A stretch of DNA of 64,000 bases from IMG/VR virus record IMGVR_UViG_3300003775_000074; one strand, 5' to 3'. The notes under the pieces are model-generated. The model was given only the letters and a program-made list of their open reading frames with translations. It searched no databases and was not told where the DNA came from. Each line of letters opens with the position of its first letter. Position 1 is the first letter of the stretch. The position numbers and the translations under genes are program-made. The stretch is from a virus. This document shows, piece by piece, positions 30,829 to 39,834 of this stretch.

Positions 30829-31068
30829 ATGAGCTGGTCAATCAGCAGCCTTTGGAGCCGGCCGAAACGCGAGCGGCCGAAGATCCCTGTGATGGAGCAG
30901 AAGGCCATCGTCCTCCACGAGGTGCCAGCCGCGGCGCCTCCCAACATTGTCGTCGCAAACCAAATCAAGTCGCTCCGAGGCGAGCTTGCCCAAGGTCTTC
31001 TGACGCTTAGCCGAAGGTCGGAGGCGTTGCGTTCCGAACTGGTCAACGAAGCCCTGAGAAAGCTGTGA
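30829..31068 (+). CDS. Small protein of the lysis-like cluster
   Basis: Co-oriented, with short spacers to its neighbours. Confidence 0.5.
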   Translation: MSWSISSLWSRPKRERPKIPVMEQKAIVLHEVPAAAPPNIVVANQIKSLRGELAQGLLTLSRRSEALRSELVNEALRKL

Positions 31069-31078
31069 GGATACCGAC

Positions 31079-31573
31079 GTGAAACGACTCAAGAACTTCG
31101 TCCTGATGTTCCTGGTCGGCAGCTTCCTGCTGTTCTGGCTTCTCTATTTCGCGACAGGTCTCGACGCTACCACCGAGATCTCCGCAGGGCTCGCTTTGGG
31201 AGCTATGCTGACGCTATCGATTACCTGGTTGCCCGCATCCATGCGAGCCCTCGCCAAGGTGACCGGGGGTGTCGGGCTGGATGGCTACCAGATGTTCCAT
31301 CTCGGGCTGTGGGGACTCTCCGTGGATTTGCTGTTGCAGCGGATTTGGAGCACCGCCCTGCGTTGGGCGGATCGGCCGGAATGGATGCTGGAGCTACCAG
31401 TCGGCGCGTTTACCGCATGGGGCATCGCCTGCTTTGGTGCGATGATCATCATGTCGCCAGGCACGATCGAGGGTGAGGTGCTGAACCGAAACAAGCTGTA
31501 CGTGGTTTTCGCAGCCTGTTTCGGTTCTACGATCGCGGGCATCACGATCGGCTTCTTCATTGCGAAGTGGTGA
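31079..31573 (+). CDS. Multi-pass membrane protein, holin candidate
   Basis: Four to five hydrophobic helices; last gene of the late transcript. Confidence 0.55.
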   Translation: MKRLKNFVLMFLVGSFLLFWLLYFATGLDATTEISAGLALGAMLTLSITWLPASMRALAKVTGGVGLDGYQMFHLGLWGLSVDLLLQRIWSTALRWADRPEWMLELPVGAFTAWGIACFGAMIIMSPGTIEGEVLNRNKLYVVFAACFGSTIAGITIGFFIAKW

Positions 31574-31849
31574 TCAGCGAGCCATCAACTCGCTGACGCG
31601 CTGGAAGAAGCCCGCCTCGATCCCGCCGAAATGGCCGTGAGTGGCGATCATCTCTGTGACCACCGCGAGCGCTGGAAAATTGCCGCTCATCTGAATATAG
31701 GCGCGAAGTTCGCCGGCTCGCTGACGCCCGAGCGCATTATCGCGCGCCCAATCGCCTGTCGCTTCGCGCGACCAGTTATGGATTGAAGAAAACTGATCAG
31801 GCAGCGGAATTGCGATCATCTCCGTATCATTTTGCAGTGCAATATTCAT
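31574..31849 (-). CDS. Small protein, putatively SOS-regulated
   Basis: RBS AAAGGGG; own 200-bp AT-rich upstream region containing a LexA box. Confidence 0.65.
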   Translation of the reverse strand: MNIALQNDTEMIAIPLPDQFSSIHNWSREATGDWARDNALGRQRAGELRAYIQMSGNFPALAVVTEMIATHGHFGGIEAGFFQRVSELMAR

Positions 31850-32030
31850 GTGTTATCCCCTTTCGTCTCTGCCAAACGCCACATTGGTACTCACTAAACT
31901 TCGCTATTCGACATTGATCTTTCTTCAAGGTTGCCGAATGGCGAAGTTAATACACCTGTTGCAAACTGTTCTTCGTTTTTAGGACTACGTTCATCTTCCG
32001 ACGGAAGATAGGATCGTTATCCTACAATCA

Positions 32031-32045
32031 GAACAGAATGAGAAC
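32031..32045 (-). promoter_or_regulatory. Alphaproteobacterial LexA box
   Basis: GAAC-agaatga-GAAC (GTTC-N7-GTTC on -), intergenic, upstream of 31574..31849. Confidence 0.65.
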
Positions 32046-32053
32046 CCCTGCCA

Positions 32054-32287
32054 TCAACCTCTGTTGACTCCGCGAGTCAGGAGCTGTCGCTGCGCTTCGA
32101 GCCGCGACGGCGGCGCGCACTTCGAGCAGTGATGGGAAAAGGAGCCATCGCCGCCCGGTTTGATGGTCCAGCCATCGTTGCGCGCTCGCGCGATCATCTC
32201 ATTGAAATCGCGCCGATCGACCCGGTCGAATAGGTCATCGCAGCCGTCGCACAGGAGGGTGCTCTGTTTGCCGTAGTTCTCGATCAT
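32054..32287 (-). CDS. Small Zn-finger protein (CDGC...CSKC)
   Basis: Start at the ATGA overlap with the methyltransferase stop codon. Confidence 0.7.
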   Translation of the reverse strand: MIENYGKQSTLLCDGCDDLFDRVDRRDFNEMIARARNDGWTIKPGGDGSFSHHCSKCAPPSRLEAQRQLLTRGVNRG

Positions 32288-33579
32288 CCAAGCAGATCCT
32301 CGAACGAAATTCGACATTGTGTTGAATTATCAGGCGCAGCTTCACCCAGCAGATCCGAGAAGAGTGTACTCGCTGGATGCGTCAGATTGAGCCTACGCCT
32401 GATATCGGCCGCATATTCGGCCTCCATCTCGATCAGGACGGCCCGCATGCCTTCCGCGAGCGCCGCTGCTCCGGTCGTGCCACTCCCGGCGAAGGGATCG
32501 AGCACAAGGCCGCCTGGTGGCGTGACGTGGCGGATGAGCGCCTGGTTGAGAGATACCGGCTTCACGGTCGGATGGCGTGAGCCGGCGCGGTCCAGCTTGT
32601 TGGCCTTTGCGCGGTAGAAGACGGGCTCACCGTCGAACGGATAGCTCTCGAAGAAGCGCGCCGCCGATCCCTCATCGCCGAAGCCCGTCATCGCCGTGCC
32701 GGGGGCTCGACTTTCGGCGCCGTAACAGGCGCCGTCGTTCTGACCCTTGCGCATTACGCCGGGCTTGCCGCTCTTGGTGTAAGGGAATAGGGCCTCAACG
32801 TCGGGAGAGCCGTCCAGAATTAGATTGGCAGGATATCGCTCGCCGGCACGACATCCGTCGATGTTCACTGCTCCGACGCCATGCTTCAGGATGTTGGCTG
32901 CGCCATTGGGTTCCGAGAACGGCTTTTGGCCAACGTAGATAGGTTCTAGCGCCGGCTTGCGGGCCTGACCGCCATACGCCCATCCCTGCCACTGCGCAGC
33001 CTCGGGCGTGGCCGGCTCATACGTGCCCGGTTGGTAGACCCGATCTTCGAGCTTTTCCCAGGAGCCGTCCTTGTGTTGGTCAGCGCCGGGGCGAATGCGA
33101 CGGACGGGCTCACCAGTGGCGTTCACTGCACCCTTGGCACCTAACTGCTTGTCGATCGCCATTGCGGCATTGTGTGCCTTCGGGAAACCCGAGCCGAACA
33201 CCCATCCGATCATGGGATGGGTGACGAAGCCCGCGGCCTCGATCGCGACCGCCATATGGTGATAGGTGCGGCTCGACGAGAACGCGACGATATAGGCGCC
33301 GGGCTTCATCACGTTGTAGACGAGCTGCCAGAACTCAGGATCACGCTCGATGGCGGTGCCGTCCCATTGCTTGCCCATGAAGCCGCGCGACTGGCGTGCG
33401 AAGGCGCCGTCACGGCCATGCTTCGCTGCCTTCGACCCATCCTTGCCGAAGCGCTTGGTGACGCTCACGAGGCCATAAGGTGGATCGGTGAAGACGGAAT
33501 CCACCAGCTCACCGCGCTCGGCCATCTCGCGCAGCACAACTCGATTATCGCCTTCGTAGAGTTTGACGGACATGGTCAT
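32284..33579 (-). CDS. DNA amino-methyltransferase (N6-A/N4-C, beta class)
   Basis: TDPPY catalytic motif near the N-terminus; HPTVKP and LDPFAGSGTTG SAM-binding motif near the C-terminus. Confidence 0.92.
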   Translation of the reverse strand: MTMSVKLYEGDNRVVLREMAERGELVDSVFTDPPYGLVSVTKRFGKDGSKAAKHGRDGAFARQSRGFMGKQWDGTAIERDPEFWQLVYNVMKPGAYIVAFSSSRTYHHMAVAIEAAGFVTHPMIGWVFGSGFPKAHNAAMAIDKQLGAKGAVNATGEPVRRIRPGADQHKDGSWEKLEDRVYQPGTYEPATPEAAQWQGWAYGGQARKPALEPIYVGQKPFSEPNGAANILKHGVGAVNIDGCRAGERYPANLILDGSPDVEALFPYTKSGKPGVMRKGQNDGACYGAESRAPGTAMTGFGDEGSAARFFESYPFDGEPVFYRAKANKLDRAGSRHPTVKPVSLNQALIRHVTPPGGLVLDPFAGSGTTGAAALAEGMRAVLIEMEAEYAADIRRRLNLTHPASTLFSDLLGEAAPDNSTQCRISFEDLLG

Positions 33580-33854
33580 CCCAACAGGTCGTCGAATGCA
33601 TCACGCGGGGCGGCGGCCGGTTCAGCTTGCCGGGCTCGCTGTTTGCGCGCACGCGGCGCTGGCTCTTCACCGGGCTTGCCGGTCAGAGCCAGCATGACGG
33701 CGCAGACGGGGTCGCGGTGAGCGCGTATCGAGCCGTCAGAGCGTTTGACTCCCCGGTAGGCGACCTCGAATCCCTTTTCAGTGCAGGCGATCGAGAGATA
33801 GTTCAGCTCGCCCTTGGCCGCGGTCTCGCGCAGCAATTCGTCGAGCGTCTTCAT
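33576..33854 (-). CDS. Small protein ending FDDLLG
   Basis: ATGA-coupled on both sides. Confidence 0.75.
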   Translation of the reverse strand: MKTLDELLRETAAKGELNYLSIACTEKGFEVAYRGVKRSDGSIRAHRDPVCAVMLALTGKPGEEPAPRARKQRARQAEPAAAPRDAFDDLLG

Positions 33855-34081
33855 CCAAGCAGATCCTCGAACTCGTCGGCGGCCTTCACCTTGGCGCGAA
33901 CGGGTGCGCCACGCTGCGGCTCGAAGTTCTTCTGATACCAGGCGCGAGCCCGTTCCTCGGCTTCAGCCGCCGTAGCGCCAGTGAAGATCAGGCGCTCCTT
34001 CTCGTTGACGAGTGGTCGCGACAGGAACTCCGGTCCTTCGCCGCTGACGCGCTGGTAGACTCCGATTTCCAAGGCTTTCAT
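33851..34081 (-). CDS. Small protein ending FEDLLG
   Basis: ATGA-coupled on both sides. Confidence 0.75.
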   Translation of the reverse strand: MKALEIGVYQRVSGEGPEFLSRPLVNEKERLIFTGATAAEAEERARAWYQKNFEPQRGAPVRAKVKAADEFEDLLG

Positions 34082-34314
34082 CCGAGCAAATCCGCAAATT
34101 GCGAGGCCACCGGCTCAGGCGGCTTCTCGATGTAGCTGTGACCGTTGATGGCCAGTTCGAGCACCGCTTCCGGCGTGGCGCCGAAGCCGACGCCGTGAAG
34201 CTTGGTCTTTCGATAGGCATAGCAATGCCAGCCGCCGTGCGTGCCCTGCGCCAAAATGCCGATGCGCAGCTTCTCGTGGCGTGCTCGATCGAACAGGGTA
34301 TCGAGCGACGTCAT
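34078..34314 (-). CDS. Small protein ending FADLLG
   Basis: ATGA-coupled on both sides. Confidence 0.75.
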   Translation of the reverse strand: MTSLDTLFDRARHEKLRIGILAQGTHGGWHCYAYRKTKLHGVGFGATPEAVLELAINGHSYIEKPPEPVASQFADLLG

Positions 34315-34544
34315 CCGAGCAGATCCTCGAAAATGCGCTCAGCCAATTGGTTGAGAGCAATCTTGGCCGGCGCGTGAACGACGGGGGCGGGCTTACCGAG
34401 CGCTTCCCAAAGGAGGAAAGCTGCCTTGCGATCCCAACTCGCATCCCTCAGCGGGAGACCGTTCGACAGCGCCCCGACCTCATCCCCGACCGAACGCAGT
34501 CGCTCGGGAAATTCAGTCTCGAAGAAGCGCTCGAAATCAGTCAT
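34311..34544 (-). CDS. Small protein ending FEDLLG
   Basis: Coupled to the GapR-like gene and to the downstream gene. Confidence 0.75.
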   Translation of the reverse strand: MTDFERFFETEFPERLRSVGDEVGALSNGLPLRDASWDRKAAFLLWEALGKPAPVVHAPAKIALNQLAERIFEDLLG

Positions 34545-34882
34545 CAGGCAGTATGTCCGACCGCGTCCAAGTATAATTCGAGGATGGATTCCTCTTCTTT
34601 GCGCTCGTCGAGGTCACGCTTACGAAGGGCGATGACCTTGCGCAAGATCTTGGTGTCGTAACCGTTGCCCTTGGCCTCGGCATAGACTTCCTTGATGTCG
34701 TCGGCGACGGTCTTCTTCTCTTCCTCAAGCCGTTCGATCCGCTCAACAATGCTCTTGAGCTGATTGTCACCATTGAGGCTGTCGGGATCGATCGTCTTGT
34801 TGTCCTGCCTCTTCACCTTCCGGTCGGAGGCAGGCACCTCGGACTCCTCATCGAGCCCCAACGCGTCGTCTTCATCGGCCAT
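34544..34882 (-). CDS. gapR: GapR/DUF2312-family DNA-binding protein
   Basis: [46 protein letters not shown] is the GapR signature; RBS AAGGAG. Confidence 0.92.
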   Translation of the reverse strand: MADEDDALGLDEESEVPASDRKVKRQDNKTIDPDSLNGDNQLKSIVERIERLEEEKKTVADDIKEVYAEAKGNGYDTKILRKVIALRKRDLDERKEEESILELYLDAVGHTA

Positions 34883-34929
34883 AGCGCGACTCCTTGATTT
34901 TGATATTCAACACAATGTTGATTAACGGG

Positions 34930-35496
34930 TCAAGCCAAAAGCGTGAGCTGGCCGACGAGATCGAGATTGAACAGGACGTTCTCGCTGGTACGCGCTAGGT
35001 CTTCGAGCGTGCCATCATTGTCGACCGTGACGTCGTACTTGATGTTGGCGACGTTTCGATCGGCGTCATTGGAGAGCGTCGTTTCCGCTCGCGGCGAGCG
35101 TACCAGGAGCAGGGTGACATTGCAGCCCCGGTTGGAAAGCTTCAGGTTGGTCCGCACGCGGCCGATGATCTCGGGCTCGCGGATATGGAGGAACATGACG
35201 GCATCGCCGTCGCCCGCCCGCTCGAAGAAGCGGCTTGTCATGTCCACGCACCAGCGGCTGCGCCAATTGCTGTGCAGCTCGACCGCAGCGCCAACGGTCG
35301 CGAGGAGCGCACGGTCAGCAGGTGTCTTGCGGCTCAACTCGAAGCCCGCGCCGCTGAGCATGGCGCGGACAGGGTCTATCGAGCTGAAGGCCTCGGTATG
35401 AACGCCGGCCTCATTGAGCGGGCGGCACATGGCTTCGACGGTCGAGTCCTTGCCCGAGCGCGGCGCACCGTTGACGATGATGACGTGGCGTTTCAT
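34930..35496 (-). CDS. P-loop deoxynucleoside monophosphate kinase-like protein
   Basis: NGAPRSGKD Walker A and C-terminal NDGTLEDL; located in the nucleotide-metabolism cluster. Confidence 0.75.
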   Translation of the reverse strand: MKRHVIIVNGAPRSGKDSTVEAMCRPLNEAGVHTEAFSSIDPVRAMLSGAGFELSRKTPADRALLATVGAAVELHSNWRSRWCVDMTSRFFERAGDGDAVMFLHIREPEIIGRVRTNLKLSNRGCNVTLLLVRSPRAETTLSNDADRNVANIKYDVTVDNDGTLEDLARTSENVLFNLDLVGQLTLLA

Positions 35497-36416
35497 CAGA
35501 GGCATTCTCCTGGGAGCATCTTGCGGTACTGTCGGAATCCGCTGAACGCGGCGTGAAGGCCGGGTGCTACCCACGAGTCGGCATTTGCGCATTTTTCGTC
35601 GGCCTGAGCGACGTGTTCAGCCGGGCTGGCGTGCATGGGCACCGAGCCGACGAGCTGGTCATGGATGCGGATCGCGGTCGGTAGATCCATGTCGAAGCCT
35701 TCGACCGTCTTGTAGCTAGTCGAGGCGCAGCGGGCGGTTGAAAGGTTGACGGCTTCCTTCGTAGTCAGAAGCTCGAAAAATTCGGTTTTATCGCGGAAGG
35801 AAAGAGAGCTGTCAGCCTCTCTCACCGTGTGGACGAACGGCGTGTGCCATTCGCCCGGTTGGAGTACCTGGATCGTACTCTCGTCTTCGAGGCACTTCCG
35901 AACCTCTTTGGCGAGAAGCTGGATGTGGGGCTCGGCCGCCTCGTGGTCGCGCAGACCGAGGAAGTTCGACCAGCCGACCATATCCATGCCCGAGGCAAGC
36001 ACGGTGATGTGCATCCACGGCTCGATCAGGCGGTTGACGATCTGCTTGTGATAGCCAGCCTGATCGAATGCCTCGGCAGCGATGAGCGCGTGATCCCTGG
36101 CAATCAACCATGCTGTCTCGCGCGACCGAAGCTTGCCGTTGATGAAGACCTTCTCGTCGGTCTCATCGAATGCCTGCATGCCCTTCTGATTCTTGCCCCA
36201 ATGCAGCGGCACGAACGGGTCGTCCTTGATCGACTGGATCAGCTTCTTGACGGGAATCGCCCGCGAGCTGGCCGAGTTCTTTACGAGCATCTTGTGCGTC
36301 ATGAACTCGGCATGGATGCAGCGCGGATAGCGTAGCAGCAGGCAGGACAGCACGTTGCCGCTAGGGTCGGCCGCATTGCGGCTGCGCAGGATCGTCTTCG
36401 CTGAAATGGTGGTCAA
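35496..36416 (-). CDS. thyX: Flavin-dependent thymidylate synthase, phage subfamily
   Basis: RYPR.IHAEFMTH...NSASSRAIP, HKQ..NRL.EPW, ARCA..SY and HASP.EH motifs; TTG start after GGAG. Confidence 0.85.
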   Translation of the reverse strand: MTTISAKTILRSRNAADPSGNVLSCLLLRYPRCIHAEFMTHKMLVKNSASSRAIPVKKLIQSIKDDPFVPLHWGKNQKGMQAFDETDEKVFINGKLRSRETAWLIARDHALIAAEAFDQAGYHKQIVNRLIEPWMHITVLASGMDMVGWSNFLGLRDHEAAEPHIQLLAKEVRKCLEDESTIQVLQPGEWHTPFVHTVREADSSLSFRDKTEFFELLTTKEAVNLSTARCASTSYKTVEGFDMDLPTAIRIHDQLVGSVPMHASPAEHVAQADEKCANADSWVAPGLHAAFSGFRQYRKMLPGECL

Positions 36417-36643
36417 AGGAGTCTCCAGGGCTTGATGGCGGTTTTTCTGAGGCGCGATCATTCACCGCCAAACGCATCAATCGGGCTGCTCTGAAGGCCG
36501 GAACCCGAGCCTCTATGTCCGGCCTATTCGGAATACCATGTCATGTGCGTGCCTTTGCTCGCGGCGCTTCGACAGCGATCGGATCGTCGCCAGAAGACAA
36601 ATATCCGATCGCAAATACATAATCAACATAAAGTTGATTATCG

Positions 36644-38587
36644 TCAAACGGCTTTGGCGCTGTCGACGATCTCGCAGGTGTTTCCGACGCAGGCGAACTC
36701 GCGCGTGCCCGTCACGCTGTCCTCGCCGCGCTCGTATCGAGCCAGCTCCGACCAGTCGATAGAAGCCGGCATGCGGGCCAGCATGGCGACATAGGCCGCC
36801 TCGTCGATCGTCTCGTAGGGCATCTGCGTATAGGAGCTGTCGCCCGCAAAATGCGGCAAGAAGCTCACGCCGGCCAACTCGTCGAAGTTGTCGTAGACCC
36901 ATCCGCCGACCGAAGGCCATTCCGACTCCTTGACCGAGATCGTGCAGGACACGGCATGCTCGGACCAGTGCTCATTGTAGGTCCGCACCAGTTCGAGATG
37001 CTGCAGGGCCGTGACGTCCTCTCGCGTGACCGTGCCGCGGCCCAGGCGCACCGGGAAGCTGAAGACGGTCATCTCCTGCGGCTTGGAAGCGTGGGGCTCG
37101 TTGGGAATGCCGGCATCAGCCATGAACTGCGTGATCGGGTCCTTGTTATCGCCGACGACGCGCCGGATGTAGAACTCGGAATGGCCCTGGTGGATGCCGC
37201 TTGGGCAGTTCACGAGCTGGCTGACCGTGCCGCTCGGCTTGACCGTCGTGGTGGCGACGCTCGGGCTGATCCCGATCTCGTGTGCCTCGACTCGGTTGGC
37301 CTTGATGACGTCGGCCTTCAGCTTCGAGAGCCGAGCGCCGAGCGCTTCGAGGCCGCGGTCACCACGCATGACCTCGTTGTCGTAGATGCCGGTCAGGGAG
37401 ACTCCGAGAAGTCGTTCTTCCATCGCGTTCTGCGCCCACTCAGGGTCGACGAAGTTGAACCGGGTCTGAGTCGACTGCCATGTGCCCAGGATCGCGGCGA
37501 GACGCACTTTTTCGCGAAGGTCGCCGATCGTGTCGGACTCACGAACGACTGCCTCGCTGAGGTTGCAAAGCCCGCGGGGCCGCAGAATGATCTCCGCACA
37601 CGGGTTGACGCCGAATTCGAAGCGATGGTCACGGCGGCCGAGCTTGAGCATCTTTTGCACAGCACCAGCGCGATTGAAGATGCCGCGCTCACCGGATCGC
37701 GATTTGTAGAGCGACAGCCACTCCTCCATGAAGGCGGCAGGTGAAGGCTTCTCGGTATAGGCGACCGAATTGTTGGCAAGCGCCAGGTGCGGCTTGTCCT
37801 GATACCAGTTGCCCGACTTCGCATCGCGCATCCGCAGATCGGAGAGGTTCGACAGGCTGATCTCGGCGCTGCGCCGCACGCCGCCGACCACGACAATCTC
37901 CCCCGTCTTGGTGACAATCTCGTGGATTTCGAGGCTGTTGAGGCGCCGACCCTTGGCATCGACGAAGCTGCGGATCACGAAGTTGAACAAATCGAGCAGC
38001 GGCGCAGGCCCCGAGGCACGCCCGCCAAAGATCTTGAGACGGGTGCCAGCGGGCCGGACCAAGCTGACGTCGATCTTCGGAATCTCGCCGGCATAGAGAG
38101 CCAGGATCAGGTTGTGATATGCGACGGCCCAGCCGAGCTTGCTGTCCTCGACCACGATCACGTCGTCGGTCTTGACGAAGGTGTCGGGCACCTCGGGCAG
38201 CAGCTTGATCACCTGCCGTTCGACGCTGAAGCCCACGCCCGTGCCGCACATGAGGATGTAGAGCGCTTCGGCGAAGGCCTTCGGTCGATCGATGGGCAGA
38301 TAGGCGCAATTGTAGACGGCGAGGTTCTCGCGCTCGGCGGCCGGTCCTGCGGTCATCAGCGCCCGCATGGACGGCATGACGTGCAGGTTCATGACTGCAT
38401 CCTGCAGCTCGGTCACGAGTGTTTGCGAGGGCGTGTAGCCGTGGTGGCGATCGAGATGGTCGAGGAAATATTCGAAGTAGCGGCCGACCGTTTCATCCCA
38501 ATTCTCACGCCGACCATCCTGGTCGCGGAATCGGGCATAGCGGGACTTGCCGATGTAGTTCTGGTAGTCGGTGGGGAGCTGAGACAT
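36644..38587 (-). CDS. nrdJ: Class II (B12-dependent) ribonucleotide reductase
   Basis: PSMRALMTAG, YNCA, VGGVRRSA, GVNPCAEI, CNLSE and VKPSGTVSQL motifs; C-terminal FAC...TCEI. Confidence 0.93.
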   Translation of the reverse strand: MSQLPTDYQNYIGKSRYARFRDQDGRRENWDETVGRYFEYFLDHLDRHHGYTPSQTLVTELQDAVMNLHVMPSMRALMTAGPAAERENLAVYNCAYLPIDRPKAFAEALYILMCGTGVGFSVERQVIKLLPEVPDTFVKTDDVIVVEDSKLGWAVAYHNLILALYAGEIPKIDVSLVRPAGTRLKIFGGRASGPAPLLDLFNFVIRSFVDAKGRRLNSLEIHEIVTKTGEIVVVGGVRRSAEISLSNLSDLRMRDAKSGNWYQDKPHLALANNSVAYTEKPSPAAFMEEWLSLYKSRSGERGIFNRAGAVQKMLKLGRRDHRFEFGVNPCAEIILRPRGLCNLSEAVVRESDTIGDLREKVRLAAILGTWQSTQTRFNFVDPEWAQNAMEERLLGVSLTGIYDNEVMRGDRGLEALGARLSKLKADVIKANRVEAHEIGISPSVATTTVKPSGTVSQLVNCPSGIHQGHSEFYIRRVVGDNKDPITQFMADAGIPNEPHASKPQEMTVFSFPVRLGRGTVTREDVTALQHLELVRTYNEHWSEHAVSCTISVKESEWPSVGGWVYDNFDELAGVSFLPHFAGDSSYTQMPYETIDEAAYVAMLARMPASIDWSELARYERGEDSVTGTREFACVGNTCEIVDSAKAV

Positions 38588-38741
38588 GACGATCTCTCGG
38601 TTGGCGACACCACATATAGCGGCGTCAATGTGGACCGATCACTATTATGTTGAAAATGAAGCCGCGCAAACCCGAAAGCGACGTGCGATCGGCCTTACGC
38701 GGCAATAGGTCTATTATCCTAGATAACTAGGATTATGTCCC

Positions 38742-39257
38742 TTAAACGTGACGCCAGTTCTGTCGTCGAGCGACGGCTCCGACAGTCGATTCCTTGAAGC
38801 CAATCTCTCGCGCAATCCCCGCGATCGACTGCCCTCGCTTGCGGCGTGCCCGAATGTCCCTGACAGTGTCTTCGTCTAGAACAGCGTTCCAATTTCGCTC
38901 TCCATACATTCCACGATCTTTCTCGATCATGTCGTGCATGTTAGCGAGCTGCGAACCCTGAAAGATGTGTTCGGGATTGACGCAAGCGCTGTTGTCGCAG
39001 TGGTGACAGGCTTGCTCATCAATCGGCAGCGGCACGTCGCAAAAGATGTTAAGCGCAGCGTGAGAAGCCCGAATATCCTTGAGTTGATCGTCGGGGAAAC
39101 GGAAGTTGAACATTCCATATCCATCGCGATCACACCAACCCAGCCAAATCCAACATCCATTTTCTTGCCGCTGGATTTTGTCGAGGAAGCGCTCTTTGTT
39201 CGAGCGGCGCCGTCTGCCGGTGAGCCGCCCTCGCGCTGCGCTGTAGGCCGTCATCAA
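38742..39257 (-). CDS. HNH homing endonuclease with C-terminal HTH
   Basis: GCWIW.G...DGYG and ACHHCDNSACVNPEH...G...N motifs. Confidence 0.88.
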   Translation of the reverse strand: MMTAYSAARGRLTGRRRRSNKERFLDKIQRQENGCWIWLGWCDRDGYGMFNFRFPDDQLKDIRASHAALNIFCDVPLPIDEQACHHCDNSACVNPEHIFQGSQLANMHDMIEKDRGMYGERNWNAVLDEDTVRDIRARRKRGQSIAGIAREIGFKESTVGAVARRQNWRHV

Positions 39258-39526
39258 GCCGCAGCCTTAGCCCGCTCCATTTGGCGAACGCGACGAGAGC
39301 ATTCCCGTCGCGGCGCACCGTCGAAGCGGATTGCGCTCGCGCGGATTTCGCGAAGGATGCGCCCCGTATATCGACTGCGCGCGAAGCGCCGGTTGCCGAA
39401 ACCGGGACGTGACGGCTGATGACGCTTCACCGGCATGGGAGGCGCTTCGAAACCATTCAGCCCGAAGGCGCGCGCCAGACCGGTGGCGATGGCGGCGAGC
39501 ATTCCGGGCTTTCGCGTGGTCTTCAT
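39254..39526 (-). CDS. Small basic hypothetical protein
   Basis: RBS GGAG; ATGA overlap with the HNH gene. Confidence 0.65.
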   Translation of the reverse strand: MKTTRKPGMLAAIATGLARAFGLNGFEAPPMPVKRHQPSRPGFGNRRFARSRYTGRILREIRASAIRFDGAPRRECSRRVRQMERAKAAA

Positions 39527-39541
39527 GTTGATTCTCCACTT

Positions 39542-39832
39542 TCAGTTGAATGTCAGGACGCGCGCGAGCCAGCCGAAGCTGAGCGCGAGCGCCGGGTTGA
39601 TGAAGTTGAGGATGAGGCTGTTCTTGACGCCGACAGCCGTGGCGTGGCCGAAGTAGTGGCCAGGCGCCTTCACCAGCAGCACGTCGATCAGCGCTATGAG
39701 ACCGACCAGGTGCCAGAAGGCCGGCACCGGCAGGCCGGCGATCGGCGTGACGAACCAACCCCACATCAGGCCGACGCAGAAGGCTCGCCAGGCGTAGCCG
39801 AGCGTGTCGAAGGTGAAGGCGTAGATCAGCAT
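39542..39832 (-). CDS. Small membrane protein
   Basis: Three hydrophobic segments; phage-like codon usage. Confidence 0.7.
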   Translation of the reverse strand: MLIYAFTFDTLGYAWRAFCVGLMWGWFVTPIAGLPVPAFWHLVGLIALIDVLLVKAPGHYFGHATAVGVKNSLILNFINPALALSFGWLARVLTFN

Positions 39833-39834
39833 CG

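Noticed and set aside
32054-32067. TCAACCTCTGTTGA as an extra operator
   Set aside because: The spacer is 4 nt rather than 5, so it was left out of the count.
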